Made by a program: the position numbers and the translations under genes. A model generated the notes under the pieces. The model searched no databases and was not told the origin of the DNA. It was given only the letters and a program-made list of their open reading frames with translations. Of a stretch of 64,000 nt of DNA, positions 9,457 to 18,155 are shown piece after piece. How positions within the stretch are numbered: position 1 is the stretch's first letter; every line of letters begins with the position of its first letter. The stretch is from an uncultured Rhodospirillaceae bacterium. GTDB lineage: Bacteria; Pseudomonadota; Alphaproteobacteria; UBA828. The DNA lies in assembly GCA_963997635.1 (NCBI GenBank), contig CAXEND010000004.1:44654-108653 (forward strand), given 5' to 3'.

Positions 9457-9986
9457 TACTTTGATAAGCCTTTGGAATAATTTAAAAATTTTAGAGAGTT
9501 AATTATTTTAATGGCAGTAGTAGAAGGATTTTCGATTAATGTAGCATCCACTTCCATATTAGGCTTATTGGGTTCGTGCCATGGTATATCAATACCAACG
9601 ACATTCTTTATATTACCAATTTCTGCACCTGCATAAAGACCCTTAGAATCTCGAGTCTGAAGGAACTCCAATGATGCCTTTAAATACACTTCAAAATAAT
9701 TTGAAAAATTTTCTCGGTTCCAACTTAATAAATCTGGATGAGAATAAAGTGCTGCAACAATTACTAACATACCTGAGCGATCTAACCATGCAGCTAATCT
9801 CTGTAATCTTCGAATTTGTTGTTCTCTTTCTGCTTCTGTGTAGCCTAGATCATTTTCAAATAAAGCACGCACCTCATCACCATCTAAAAGTATAGTCTGG
9901 GGAAAATCTGGCTTTAGAATCTTCAATACTTCTCTAGCTATGGTAGTTTTTCCTGCACCAGACATTCCAGTAATCCAAACAATCAT
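9456..9986 (-). CDS. cysC: Adenylyl-sulfate kinase-family protein (atypical clade)
   Basis: GMSGAGKTT P-loop, LDGD, RDSKGLY; lacks the canonical ISPY and FTGI motifs. Confidence 0.8.
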   Translation of the reverse strand: MIVWITGMSGAGKTTIAREVLKILKPDFPQTILLDGDEVRALFENDLGYTEAEREQQIRRLQRLAAWLDRSGMLVIVAALYSHPDLLSWNRENFSNYFEVYLKASLEFLQTRDSKGLYAGAEIGNIKNVVGIDIPWHEPNKPNMEVDATLIENPSTTAIKIINSLKFLNYSKGLSK

Positions 9987-10134
9987 AATTTTTTATGTTC
10001 CATTTATATGATAAGTTTTATTATTAAAAATGGTTAAAATATCAATTAACAAAGTGAAAGATTGAAAATTATTTTTTTTCTTTATAAGAGGCCTATCTGG
10101 ACGCTATATACCTTTGCATGGTATGAGCCTGTTT

Positions 10135-11160
10135 ATGTCTGAAGAAAATTTCAAATCTTACGCTAGCAAAAGCGTTCTTATCACGGGTGCAGACGGTTTT
10201 ATTGGTTCCCACCTTACAGAACTTCTTGTTAAATCGGGAGCTAATGTCACAGCTTTGACACTTTATAACGCCCTTGGGTCTAATGGTTGGCTTGATTCTA
10301 TCCCTGATCATATATACGAATCAGTAAACATTTACTCTGGTGATGTACGTGATTCTGCCCAAATGATGCGATTGGTTGATGGTTACGATATAGTTTTTCA
10401 TTTAGCAGCACTGATTGGGATACCCTATTCCTATGAAGCGGCTCACTCATACGTTGATGTAAATATTAGTGGCACCCTTAATTTATTAGAAGCCGTCAGA
10501 AAGAATGGAACTGGAAGATTCATACACACTTCTACAAGTGAAGTGTATGGATCTGCAAAGACCAAGCCTATATCTGAAAGTCATCCTATACATGGTCAAT
10601 CCCCATATGCCGCATCGAAGATAGGTGCTGATCAACTTGCTGAGGCCTACGCAAGATCACACAATATTCCGATTGTAATTATTCGACCCTTTAATGCTTA
10701 TGGTCCCCGTCAGAGCGAACGTGCTGTTATTCCTACAACCATTCGTCAGATTTTTGATCCACAATGTGAAACAGTAAAACTAGGTGATCTCAGTACTACT
10801 CGTGATTTTAACTATGTTAGTGATACAGTTAGAGCCTTTGCAATGATAGGCGAGTCAAATGATGTCAACTTTGGCACAGCGTATAACGCTGGAAGTGGCG
10901 TTGAAACATTAGTAAGTGAAGTAGTAGAAAAACTCATGCAAATTTCAGGATGTAAGAAAGAAATTATAATAGAAAACTCTCGTATTAGACCTGAAAAATC
11001 TGAAGTTCGTGCTCTTGTCGCTGATTCAAGTAAACTTAAAAAAATAACTGGTTGGAAATGTAACGTAACACTTGATAAAGGGGTTCATCAGACTCTGAAT
11101 TGGTGGAAATCTAGAACTGATAACGTAACAATTAGGCGAAACCGAAAATTTGCTAAATAA
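10135..11160 (+). CDS. legB: NAD-dependent NDP-GlcNAc 4,6-dehydratase (LegB-like)
   Basis: ITGADGFIGSHL, HLAALIGIPYSY, TSTSEVYG, QSPYAASK, RPEKSEV; ORF track opens at 10114. Confidence 0.85.
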   Translation: MSEENFKSYASKSVLITGADGFIGSHLTELLVKSGANVTALTLYNALGSNGWLDSIPDHIYESVNIYSGDVRDSAQMMRLVDGYDIVFHLAALIGIPYSYEAAHSYVDVNISGTLNLLEAVRKNGTGRFIHTSTSEVYGSAKTKPISESHPIHGQSPYAASKIGADQLAEAYARSHNIPIVIIRPFNAYGPRQSERAVIPTTIRQIFDPQCETVKLGDLSTTRDFNYVSDTVRAFAMIGESNDVNFGTAYNAGSGVETLVSEVVEKLMQISGCKKEIIIENSRIRPEKSEVRALVADSSKLKKITGWKCNVTLDKGVHQTLNWWKSRTDNVTIRRNRKFAK

Positions 11161-11206
11161 AGTTTTAGTTTCTGTTTTCATTCTTTATATGACTAACAAA
11201 TTTAAT

Positions 11207-11824
11207 TTATATCATTATCTCTTTATGTCTAACTGGTAGTAGATCAGGAACAAGAATCCTTTCTGGGGACATGCTATTAACAAGGCATGAATATTTTTTT
11301 TCTAAAGATTGTATTTCAGCCAAAATCACAGCATCTATATCTAGATCTGTGTTCATTGACGATATCACTGGTAAACCGTGAAAAGTCTCACCATCATAGT
11401 CACTGCATATAACTGCAACTAATTTTATATCATGTTCTCGTGCATATAAGATTGCTATGTCTGCCAGTTCACTTACACCAGCAATTGCAACCCTGTTCCA
11501 CCCATTCTTAGCACATAACTTATATAAATCACTATACTGAACTCTAGCTCTGCGAAAAAAAGAAAATGAGTCTGCAAGAAATTCTGCTGTTAAACGTGTT
11601 TTTTCAGTAAAACCTTGAGGTGTTAGATAATATGCATAACGGTTGGGGGGGATTTGTGTAACTTTTATATATCCTTTTCTAACACATCTCTTTATATAGG
11701 CATTTGCCATACCGAGAGCTATGCCCAACTCCGTAGCAAGCTTCCTTTGATTAAGATTTTCTGTTTCGTCGATATGTATTAAGATATCGCGAATGATTTT
11801 ATTGTCCTTAGTATTTTTGTTCAT
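11207..11824 (-). CDS. MarR-type winged-helix regulator, polysaccharide-locus associated, with C-terminal Rossmann-like domain
   Basis: NQRKLATELGIALGMANAYIKRCVRKG, YAYYLTPQGF; start placed at ATG 11824 because the longer ORF (11908) would overlap the ops element. Confidence 0.85.
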   Translation of the reverse strand: MNKNTKDNKIIRDILIHIDETENLNQRKLATELGIALGMANAYIKRCVRKGYIKVTQIPPNRYAYYLTPQGFTEKTRLTAEFLADSFSFFRRARVQYSDLYKLCAKNGWNRVAIAGVSELADIAILYAREHDIKLVAVICSDYDGETFHGLPVISSMNTDLDIDAVILAEIQSLEKKYSCLVNSMSPERILVPDLLPVRHKEIMI

Positions 11825-11855
11825 TTCACTAGATATTGAAAATTTGAGAAATTTC

Positions 11856-11867
11856 CACGCTACCGCC
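11856..11867 (-). promoter_or_regulatory. ops element (RfaH loading site) within a JUMPStart-like leader
   Basis: Plus strand CACGCTACCGCC = minus strand GGCGGTAGCGTG, exact ops consensus, 31 nt upstream of ATG 11824; preceded by a TGGG-CTTTCA-CCCA hairpin; rfaH is 3 kb away. Confidence 0.85.
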
Positions 11868-11948
11868 AATCTGGGTGAAAGCCCAATATAGCATTCTCCC
11901 AGTATCATTAGTGATTCAGTAGTTTAATAAATCGAATCGATGGGAATT

Positions 11949-11996
11949 GTTCATAATATGAACGATAATGCAACCTTTATGTTCATATTATGAACA
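11949..11996. promoter_or_regulatory. Pair of perfect palindromes GTTCATA-N-TATGAAC (candidate operator)
   Basis: 11949-11963 GTTCATAATATGAAC and 11980-11996 TGTTCATATTATGAACA; centres 32 bp apart. Confidence 0.7.
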
Positions 11997-12274
11997 AAAA
12001 ATTAGGCAGTAAATGTGAATTAGTTATAATTTATAGATTCAGTAGGCTTTTCATGAAATGCTTTTATAACTAAAGGGTTTGTGATTAATAACAAAAGAAT
12101 TTAGGAAAAACTGATGAATATTTATAGACTATGAAAATATTTAATAAATTTATATACAATTGAATGATTTAAATTTTTATAGTTAGTTTATAGAAATCCC
12201 TGCCTAAGCTTAAATAATAAATAAAAACTCTAGATTTTGTATTTTAAGCACTAATATTTAAATTCGGAAATAAA

Positions 12275-13900
12275 ATGGTGAATATTGACAAAGCAGCAAA
12301 ACTTAAAACCCTGCTAAAATCTAAAGATCTAACCTTTATTATGGAAGCTCATAACGGACTCTCCGCTAAGATTGTAGAAGAAGTTGGATTCCAAGGTATC
12401 TGGGCCTCAGGCTTATCAATGTCAACTGCATTGGGAGTTAGAGATAATAACGAAGCATCATGGACACAGGTTCTAGAGCAGCTTGAGTTTATGGCTGATG
12501 CCACATCTATACCTATTCTTGTTGACGGAGATACAGGTTATGGAAACTTTAACAATGTTCGCCGTTTAGTGGCAAAACTCTGTCAAAGGGATATAGCTGG
12601 AGTTTGTATTGAAGACAAATTATTTCCAAAAACTAACTCCTTCATAGGAGAAAGTCAGCCACTAGCAGAAGTAGATGAATTTTGCGGTAGAATAAAAGCT
12701 GGGAAAGATACACAGAGTAATTCAAATTTTTGCCTAGTTGCACGTGTAGAAGCATTAATCTCGGGTTGGCCTATGGAAGAAGCACATAAACGGGCAACTG
12801 CTTATGATGATGCTGGAGCAGATGCTATACTGATACATTCAAAGAAATCTGATGCTAATGAAGTTATTGAATTTGCTTCTGCTTGGAATGGAAATGCACC
12901 ATTAATAATTGTCCCAACTATGTACTATAAGACTCCTACTGAAACTTTTCGAAATACCAAAATATCAACAATAATCTGGGCAAATCATAATATGAGAGCT
13001 GCAATTTCCTCCATGCGGAGGATAAGCAAAATAATTTTTGACGAAAAATCCTTAGTTTCAGCTGAAGAGGAGATTGTTTCTGTTAAAGATGTATTTTCTC
13101 TAATGGAGCAAAAAGAGTTAGCTGAAGCAGAAAAGAAATACTTTAAGAGCACAGAAAAAGAAATAAGAGGAATTGTTTTAGCCGCAACTCAGGGAACTAA
13201 ACTAGGCCCACTTACGAATGATATTCCTAAATCTATGGTTGATGTTAGAGGAAAACCCCTCTTGGAACGCTTAACCAAAACTCTCAATGATTGTGGAATA
13301 AAGAATATTAGTGTGGTCTGCGGATTTAAAGCTGAGACCGTAAATATTAAAAATATTAATAAGGTTGAAAACTCTGATTATTCAGATACTGGTGAGGTAA
13401 CCTCATTAATCTCAGCTATTGAAAATCTCTCTGGGCCTTGCATATTAACTTATGGAGACATTCTCTTCAGACCCTATATATTAGAGTCACTTCTCGCAGT
13501 AGATGGAGACATTGTTTGTGCTATAGACTCGATGTGGAAAAATATCGAGTTTCGTGATCCAAATAGAAATGCCGATCTCGTTAGGTGCTCTATACAATAT
13601 ACGGGGACGTATCTTGAAGACGATACAACCCAAATTTTAAATTTTTTACCAAACAATAATAATTGTGATGCAGATGGTGAATTTATTGGTCTATTAAAAC
13701 TTAGCGAAGTTGGCACTAAAATAATTAAATCCAAACTAGATCAAGTTAAAAATAGTAAAGAATTTAAAAGTGCCGACCTGCCATACCTCTTGCAACAACT
13801 TATAGATGAAGGTAAATGCGTTAAGGGTCATTACTTTTCAGGACACTGGCTTGATTTAGATGATGCCTTTGACCTTGCCCGAATGAGAAACATGGTCTAA
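12275..13900 (+). CDS. pepM: Phosphoenolpyruvate mutase fused to a C-terminal NTP transferase (PntC-like)
   Basis: Diagnostic [10 protein letters not shown] (EDKx5NS); MEAHNGLSA; C-terminal LAATQGTKL...PKSM...YGDI domain. Confidence 0.95.
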   Translation: MVNIDKAAKLKTLLKSKDLTFIMEAHNGLSAKIVEEVGFQGIWASGLSMSTALGVRDNNEASWTQVLEQLEFMADATSIPILVDGDTGYGNFNNVRRLVAKLCQRDIAGVCIEDKLFPKTNSFIGESQPLAEVDEFCGRIKAGKDTQSNSNFCLVARVEALISGWPMEEAHKRATAYDDAGADAILIHSKKSDANEVIEFASAWNGNAPLIIVPTMYYKTPTETFRNTKISTIIWANHNMRAAISSMRRISKIIFDEKSLVSAEEEIVSVKDVFSLMEQKELAEAEKKYFKSTEKEIRGIVLAATQGTKLGPLTNDIPKSMVDVRGKPLLERLTKTLNDCGIKNISVVCGFKAETVNIKNINKVENSDYSDTGEVTSLISAIENLSGPCILTYGDILFRPYILESLLAVDGDIVCAIDSMWKNIEFRDPNRNADLVRCSIQYTGTYLEDDTTQILNFLPNNNNCDADGEFIGLLKLSEVGTKIIKSKLDQVKNSKEFKSADLPYLLQQLIDEGKCVKGHYFSGHWLDLDDAFDLARMRNMV

Positions 13901-13922
13901 GACCAAGATATGTTCGGAGGTT

Positions 13923-15062
13923 ATGATGATTTCTGCTGATGAGTTTTTGAATCCAGCAACAGAACTTGGTTTCAATTTTTTTACTGGGGTTCCCTGCTCA
14001 TTCTTAACACCAATAATTAATAAAGTAATTTCTGATAAATCCATAAATTATTTGCCTGCAACAAGTGAAGGAGAGGCAGTTTCTATAGCTGCTGGTGCAT
14101 GGCTAGCAGGAAAAAAAACAATAGTCATGTGCCAAAATTCAGGGCTAGGAAATACAGTAAACCCACTGACTTCACTTAATTATACTTTCAAAATTCCTAC
14201 ACTTCTTTTGGTGACTTGGCGAGGAGAACCAGGACAAAAAGATGAACCCCAACATGAATTAATGGGAGAGATAACACCCCAGTTACTTAATACAATAAAA
14301 ATACCTTTTGAGTTATTTCCAAATAAACCAGAATTAATTCCTGAAGTTCTTCTTAAAGCAACGAGTCATATGAATAAAACAGATACTCCATTTGCATTAC
14401 TGATGAAGAAAGGTAGTGTAATTGATGATGGACTCAAAAACCCTTTACCCAAGCCAAAACTTCCAAATTATAAAATAAAAACTTCTGTATATAAAATAAA
14501 TCTTACAAGAGCAAAAGCACTAAGAATTAGTCTAAAATATATCCCAAAGACTACCTCGATTATTGCTACAACGGGTAAAACTGGCCGTGAGCTTTTTACC
14601 ATTTTAGATCAACCTCAGAACTTTTATACTGTGGGATCCATGGGTTGTGCTAGTGCCATTGGGCTTGGTCTTTCAGTAAATACTTCCAAACCTGTGATAG
14701 TAATGGATGGTGACGGTGCTGCTCTGATGAAAATGGGAAATATTGCAACAATAGGTCACCACAGACCAGAAAATTTCGTACATTTGTTACTCGATAATGG
14801 AGCTCACGATTCTACAGGGGGACAAAAAACTGTCTCTGAGAACGTTGACTTTTCTGAAATTGCCAATGCATGTGGATATTCTTCGTCAAGAACCTGTTAC
14901 TCTGAAAATTGTTTAAAAGATGGATTACTTTATGCATTCCAAAACAAAGGTCCACATATGATTCATGTAAAAATTCTAACTGGATCAATTGTTAATCTCG
15001 GAAGACCAACGATTAAACCAAATGACGTTGCCCGACGTTTCAGAAAATTTGTTAATAAATAA
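13923..15062 (+). CDS. aepY: Phosphonopyruvate decarboxylase
   Basis: FTGVPCS, QNSGLGN, DEPQH, VGSMG, TPP motif DGDGAALMKMG...N; directly downstream of pepM. Confidence 0.93.
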   Translation: MMISADEFLNPATELGFNFFTGVPCSFLTPIINKVISDKSINYLPATSEGEAVSIAAGAWLAGKKTIVMCQNSGLGNTVNPLTSLNYTFKIPTLLLVTWRGEPGQKDEPQHELMGEITPQLLNTIKIPFELFPNKPELIPEVLLKATSHMNKTDTPFALLMKKGSVIDDGLKNPLPKPKLPNYKIKTSVYKINLTRAKALRISLKYIPKTTSIIATTGKTGRELFTILDQPQNFYTVGSMGCASAIGLGLSVNTSKPVIVMDGDGAALMKMGNIATIGHHRPENFVHLLLDNGAHDSTGGQKTVSENVDFSEIANACGYSSSRTCYSENCLKDGLLYAFQNKGPHMIHVKILTGSIVNLGRPTIKPNDVARRFRKFVNK

Positions 15063-15083
15063 TATTATCCTCTTATTTATATT

Positions 15084-15581
15084 TTAAATCGCCGTTAAGT
15101 CTTGACTTGAGACAGAAGTCCTAACGTCTCTTCCCATAAGGTTAAGCAATACTAGAGCTCTTTCCGTATCTGATTCTATATGAAATACTGCCTCAAGATT
15201 AGAAAATGGACCAGCAGTTATTATAACCTTCTCTCCTTTTACAAACTTTTTAGATTTAAGTTCAAAAATTCCATCATCACCTGCTCGACTTTTAATTCCT
15301 TCAACAACTTTATCATCTAGTTTATAGGGGCCATCTTTATCACCAACCATATTAGAAACGCCATAAGTTGAGAATATGACACGCCAAGGTTCATCTATTA
15401 TGTTTACTCGAACAAAAATATATCGAGGAAACAATGGCTTCATTACTATCTCTTGTCTTCCAGCATGCCGGCGTTTTTTTCTATATTCAGGAAACCACAC
15501 ATCAAAGCCCTGACGCAAAAGGTTATCCTTTGCTCTTAGTTCTCCATTTGCGTGTGTGTGAACAACATACCAATGTTTCAT
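15084..15581 (-). CDS. rfaH: Transcription antiterminator RfaH (NusG paralogue)
   Basis: WYVVHT...RAKDNLLRQG, PLFPRYIFV, STYGVS, KOW motif GEKVIITAGPF. Confidence 0.85.
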   Translation of the reverse strand: MKHWYVVHTHANGELRAKDNLLRQGFDVWFPEYRKKRRHAGRQEIVMKPLFPRYIFVRVNIIDEPWRVIFSTYGVSNMVGDKDGPYKLDDKVVEGIKSRAGDDGIFELKSKKFVKGEKVIITAGPFSNLEAVFHIESDTERALVLLNLMGRDVRTSVSSQDLTAI

Positions 15582-15684
15582 TTAAATAATTTAACATGCT
15601 CAATAAACAAAGGCTAATATCCCTACACTGGTTTAGTTAACAATAACGCGATAAAATTATGAAAATTTATTAACGATTAGTAAT

Positions 15685-16662
15685 ATGAAACAATCTTTTC
15701 ACAGAATTTTTAGCATAATGAGAAAAAAAAGAACTTTGCTATTTAGTTTGAAATTAGCAATTTCTATTCCTCTGACTTGGTGGGTGTTAAGCCGTGTAAA
15801 TATTCGTGATAGTGCAGAAAAAATTGAAAATTTGGATCTAAGCTGGGGTATACCTGCATTGATATGTTTTTTATTTATTATTTTAATCGGTGGATTACGT
15901 TGGTATATATTTTATAGAGCGTTATCAAGGACTGTATCACTAGATTTTTTAATGAAAATAAATTTTTCAGCTACATTCCTAGGACAAGTACTTCCTGCAG
16001 GTATTGGTTCTGATGCAGCAAAGATTTGGTTTCTTAGTAGAAAAGAAAGAAAGTTAAGCGTTTGTATATCTAGCGTCATACTGGATAGATTAATTGGACT
16101 TGCGTCCTTGTTAATTTTAATCGCAATTTTTATTCCTATATCATTTACTTATATATCTAATGAAGATGCTAAATATGCTATAATAATAGCATTAGTTTGT
16201 GGTGGATTAGGTTTTGTTTTTTTATTGTTTCTAGCGTGTCTCCCAAATCTATTTAAAAATTTAAAAATTATGGCATCAATTGCAAATCATATAAATTTTG
16301 CCCGCAAAGAAGGTTTGTCAATAAAGCCAGTATTTTTCTCTTTGTTACTTTCCTTTTTTTTACATCTCATGGCCGTTCTTGTAGTAAAGTTTCTTGCCAA
16401 CAGTATAGGTTTAGAAATTGACTTTATTTTATGTCTAGCATTAATCCCCACAGTAATGTTAATTGCTACACTTCCAATATCACTTGCAGGTTGGGGGATA
16501 AGAGAAGGAGCGATGGTAACTGCTTTTAGTTATGTGGATATTATACCTAGCGAAGCACTTGCACTTTCAGTTCTTTTTGGACTCCTTACTATCATAGCAA
16601 GTACTCCTGGAGCAATTACGTGGATACTTCAGACAAAGTTGTTGAAAAGAAATGCTAACTAA
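15685..16662 (+). CDS. Lysylphosphatidylglycerol-synthase TM-domain (UPF0104) flippase-like membrane protein
   Basis: RW motif, LPAGIGSD, DRLIG, LPISLAGWGIREG; multiple TM segments. Confidence 0.82.
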   Translation: MKQSFHRIFSIMRKKRTLLFSLKLAISIPLTWWVLSRVNIRDSAEKIENLDLSWGIPALICFLFIILIGGLRWYIFYRALSRTVSLDFLMKINFSATFLGQVLPAGIGSDAAKIWFLSRKERKLSVCISSVILDRLIGLASLLILIAIFIPISFTYISNEDAKYAIIIALVCGGLGFVFLLFLACLPNLFKNLKIMASIANHINFARKEGLSIKPVFFSLLLSFFLHLMAVLVVKFLANSIGLEIDFILCLALIPTVMLIATLPISLAGWGIREGAMVTAFSYVDIIPSEALALSVLFGLLTIIASTPGAITWILQTKLLKRNAN

Positions 16663-16682
16663 AATTTTAAAAACAGAAAAAA

Positions 16683-18155
16683 ATGAATAGTGATATTGAA
16701 AGTTTTGCTGATCGTAAATCAGCACGAAAAAATGCAATTTGTCGGCATTATGACAATCTTGCAATGAATCGTTCTACATGGATTAAAAAAAATAGTTTTT
16801 TTCATAAAGAGGATAGTGTTTATCATCAATTTCTCATACCAAAAGGAGCAAAAATCCTTGATCTAGGATGTGGAACTGGGCAACTACTTGCAAGTCTTAA
16901 TCCCTCTTATGGTGTAGGTATAGATATTTCACAACGTATGATTGACGTAGCAAAAAATAACTACAAAGGTGATACACATACAAACCTAAATTTTATTGTG
17001 GGTGATGTGGAAGACCCCAATGTCATAAGTTCACTTGATAATCATTTCGATGTTATAATTTTATCAGACACTATAGGTCTTTTGAACGATGTACAGAATT
17101 TTCTTAGCTCGCTTCACAAACTATGTCACCCAGACACTAGAATAATCGTTTCATATTTTTCATGGCTATGGACTCCTGTTCTTCAAATTGCAGAACATTC
17201 TGGCCTAAAAATGAAACAAATGCCTCTTAATAAATTATCCACAACTGATATCGAAAACATACTAAAACTAAGTGATTTTGACATCATTCGCCGTGATTGG
17301 AGACAACTGCTACCAAAGAAAAGCTTTGGTCTTGGAAGTTTAGTTAATAAATATATAGCCACATTACCATTAATACGAAAACTGTGTGTTCGCAACTTCG
17401 TAGTTGCCCGGTCATTAAACAAAATCAATAAAGATATTTCTTCTGTAAGTATAATTATTCCATGCCGCAATGAAAAAGGTAATATAAAACCGGCCATAAA
17501 ACGACTACCAAAATTTAGCCCTAAAATGGAAATAATTTTCGTCGAGGGACATAGCAAAGATGATACACTTGAAGAAATTCAATTAACTATTCAAGAAAAC
17601 TCTGAACTAAACATTAAATTAATTGTTCAAGATGGTGTGGGCAAAGGAGATGCAGTACATAAGGCCTTTTCTGAGGCTTCTAACGAAGTTTTAATGATTC
17701 TTGATGCTGACCTTACTGTACCTCCTGAAGATTTACCAAAGTTTTATAATGCCATAACTTCAGGAAAAGGCGAATTTATAAATGGTACACGTTTTATATA
17801 TCCTATGGAAAAAGGTGCAATGCGTTGGTTAAACATAGGTGGAAATCTGTTTTTTGCTTGGGTTTTTTCTTGGCTACTGAACCAACGATTTACCGATACG
17901 CTATGTGGAACAAAAGTGTTAACTAAAGAGCACTATGAAAAAATTGCCAATAATCGCTCTTACTTTGGTAATTTCGATCCATTTGGCGATTTTGATCTTA
18001 TTTTTGGAGCAACAAAACTGAACCTCAAGGTTGTTGAAGTACCAATAAGATACGCTGAAAGAACCTATGGTACAACGCAAATATCACGATTTCGTCATGG
18101 TATATTACTTCTAAAAATGGTCATATTTGCATTCCGAAAACTCAAGGCAATTTGA
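16683..18155 (+). CDS. Class I SAM methyltransferase / GT2 (polyprenol-phosphate glycosyltransferase-like) fusion
   Basis: LDLGCGTG in N-terminal half; IIPCRNE, GKGDAV, ILDADL, DTLCGTK in C-terminal half. Confidence 0.85.
   Translation: MNSDIESFADRKSARKNAICRHYDNLAMNRSTWIKKNSFFHKEDSVYHQFLIPKGAKILDLGCGTGQLLASLNPSYGVGIDISQRMIDVAKNNYKGDTHTNLNFIVGDVEDPNVISSLDNHFDVIILSDTIGLLNDVQNFLSSLHKLCHPDTRIIVSYFSWLWTPVLQIAEHSGLKMKQMPLNKLSTTDIENILKLSDFDIIRRDWRQLLPKKSFGLGSLVNKYIATLPLIRKLCVRNFVVARSLNKINKDISSVSIIIPCRNEKGNIKPAIKRLPKFSPKMEIIFVEGHSKDDTLEEIQLTIQENSELNIKLIVQDGVGKGDAVHKAFSEASNEVLMILDADLTVPPEDLPKFYNAITSGKGEFINGTRFIYPMEKGAMRWLNIGGNLFFAWVFSWLLNQRFTDTLCGTKVLTKEHYEKIANNRSYFGNFDPFGDFDLIFGATKLNLKVVEVPIRYAERTYGTTQISRFRHGILLLKMVIFAFRKLKAI

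Noticed and set aside
11825-11908. 28-aa N-terminal extension of the wHTH regulator given by the ORF track
   Set aside because: It does not resemble the family and overlaps the ops/JUMPStart leader; ATG 11824 is the more plausible start
11949-11996. LexA/SOS box reading of the GTTC...GAAC palindromes
   Set aside because: Alphaproteobacterial LexA boxes are direct GTTC-N7-GTTC repeats; these are inverted, and the flanking genes are not SOS genes
12275-15062. Methylphosphonate (methane-precursor) pathway
   Set aside because: No MpnS/HepD dioxygenase or phosphonoacetaldehyde reductase in the window; cannot be claimed
13923-15062. Sulfopyruvate decarboxylase (ComDE) assignment
   Set aside because: The fused two-domain form directly after a bona fide pepM favours phosphonopyruvate decarboxylase
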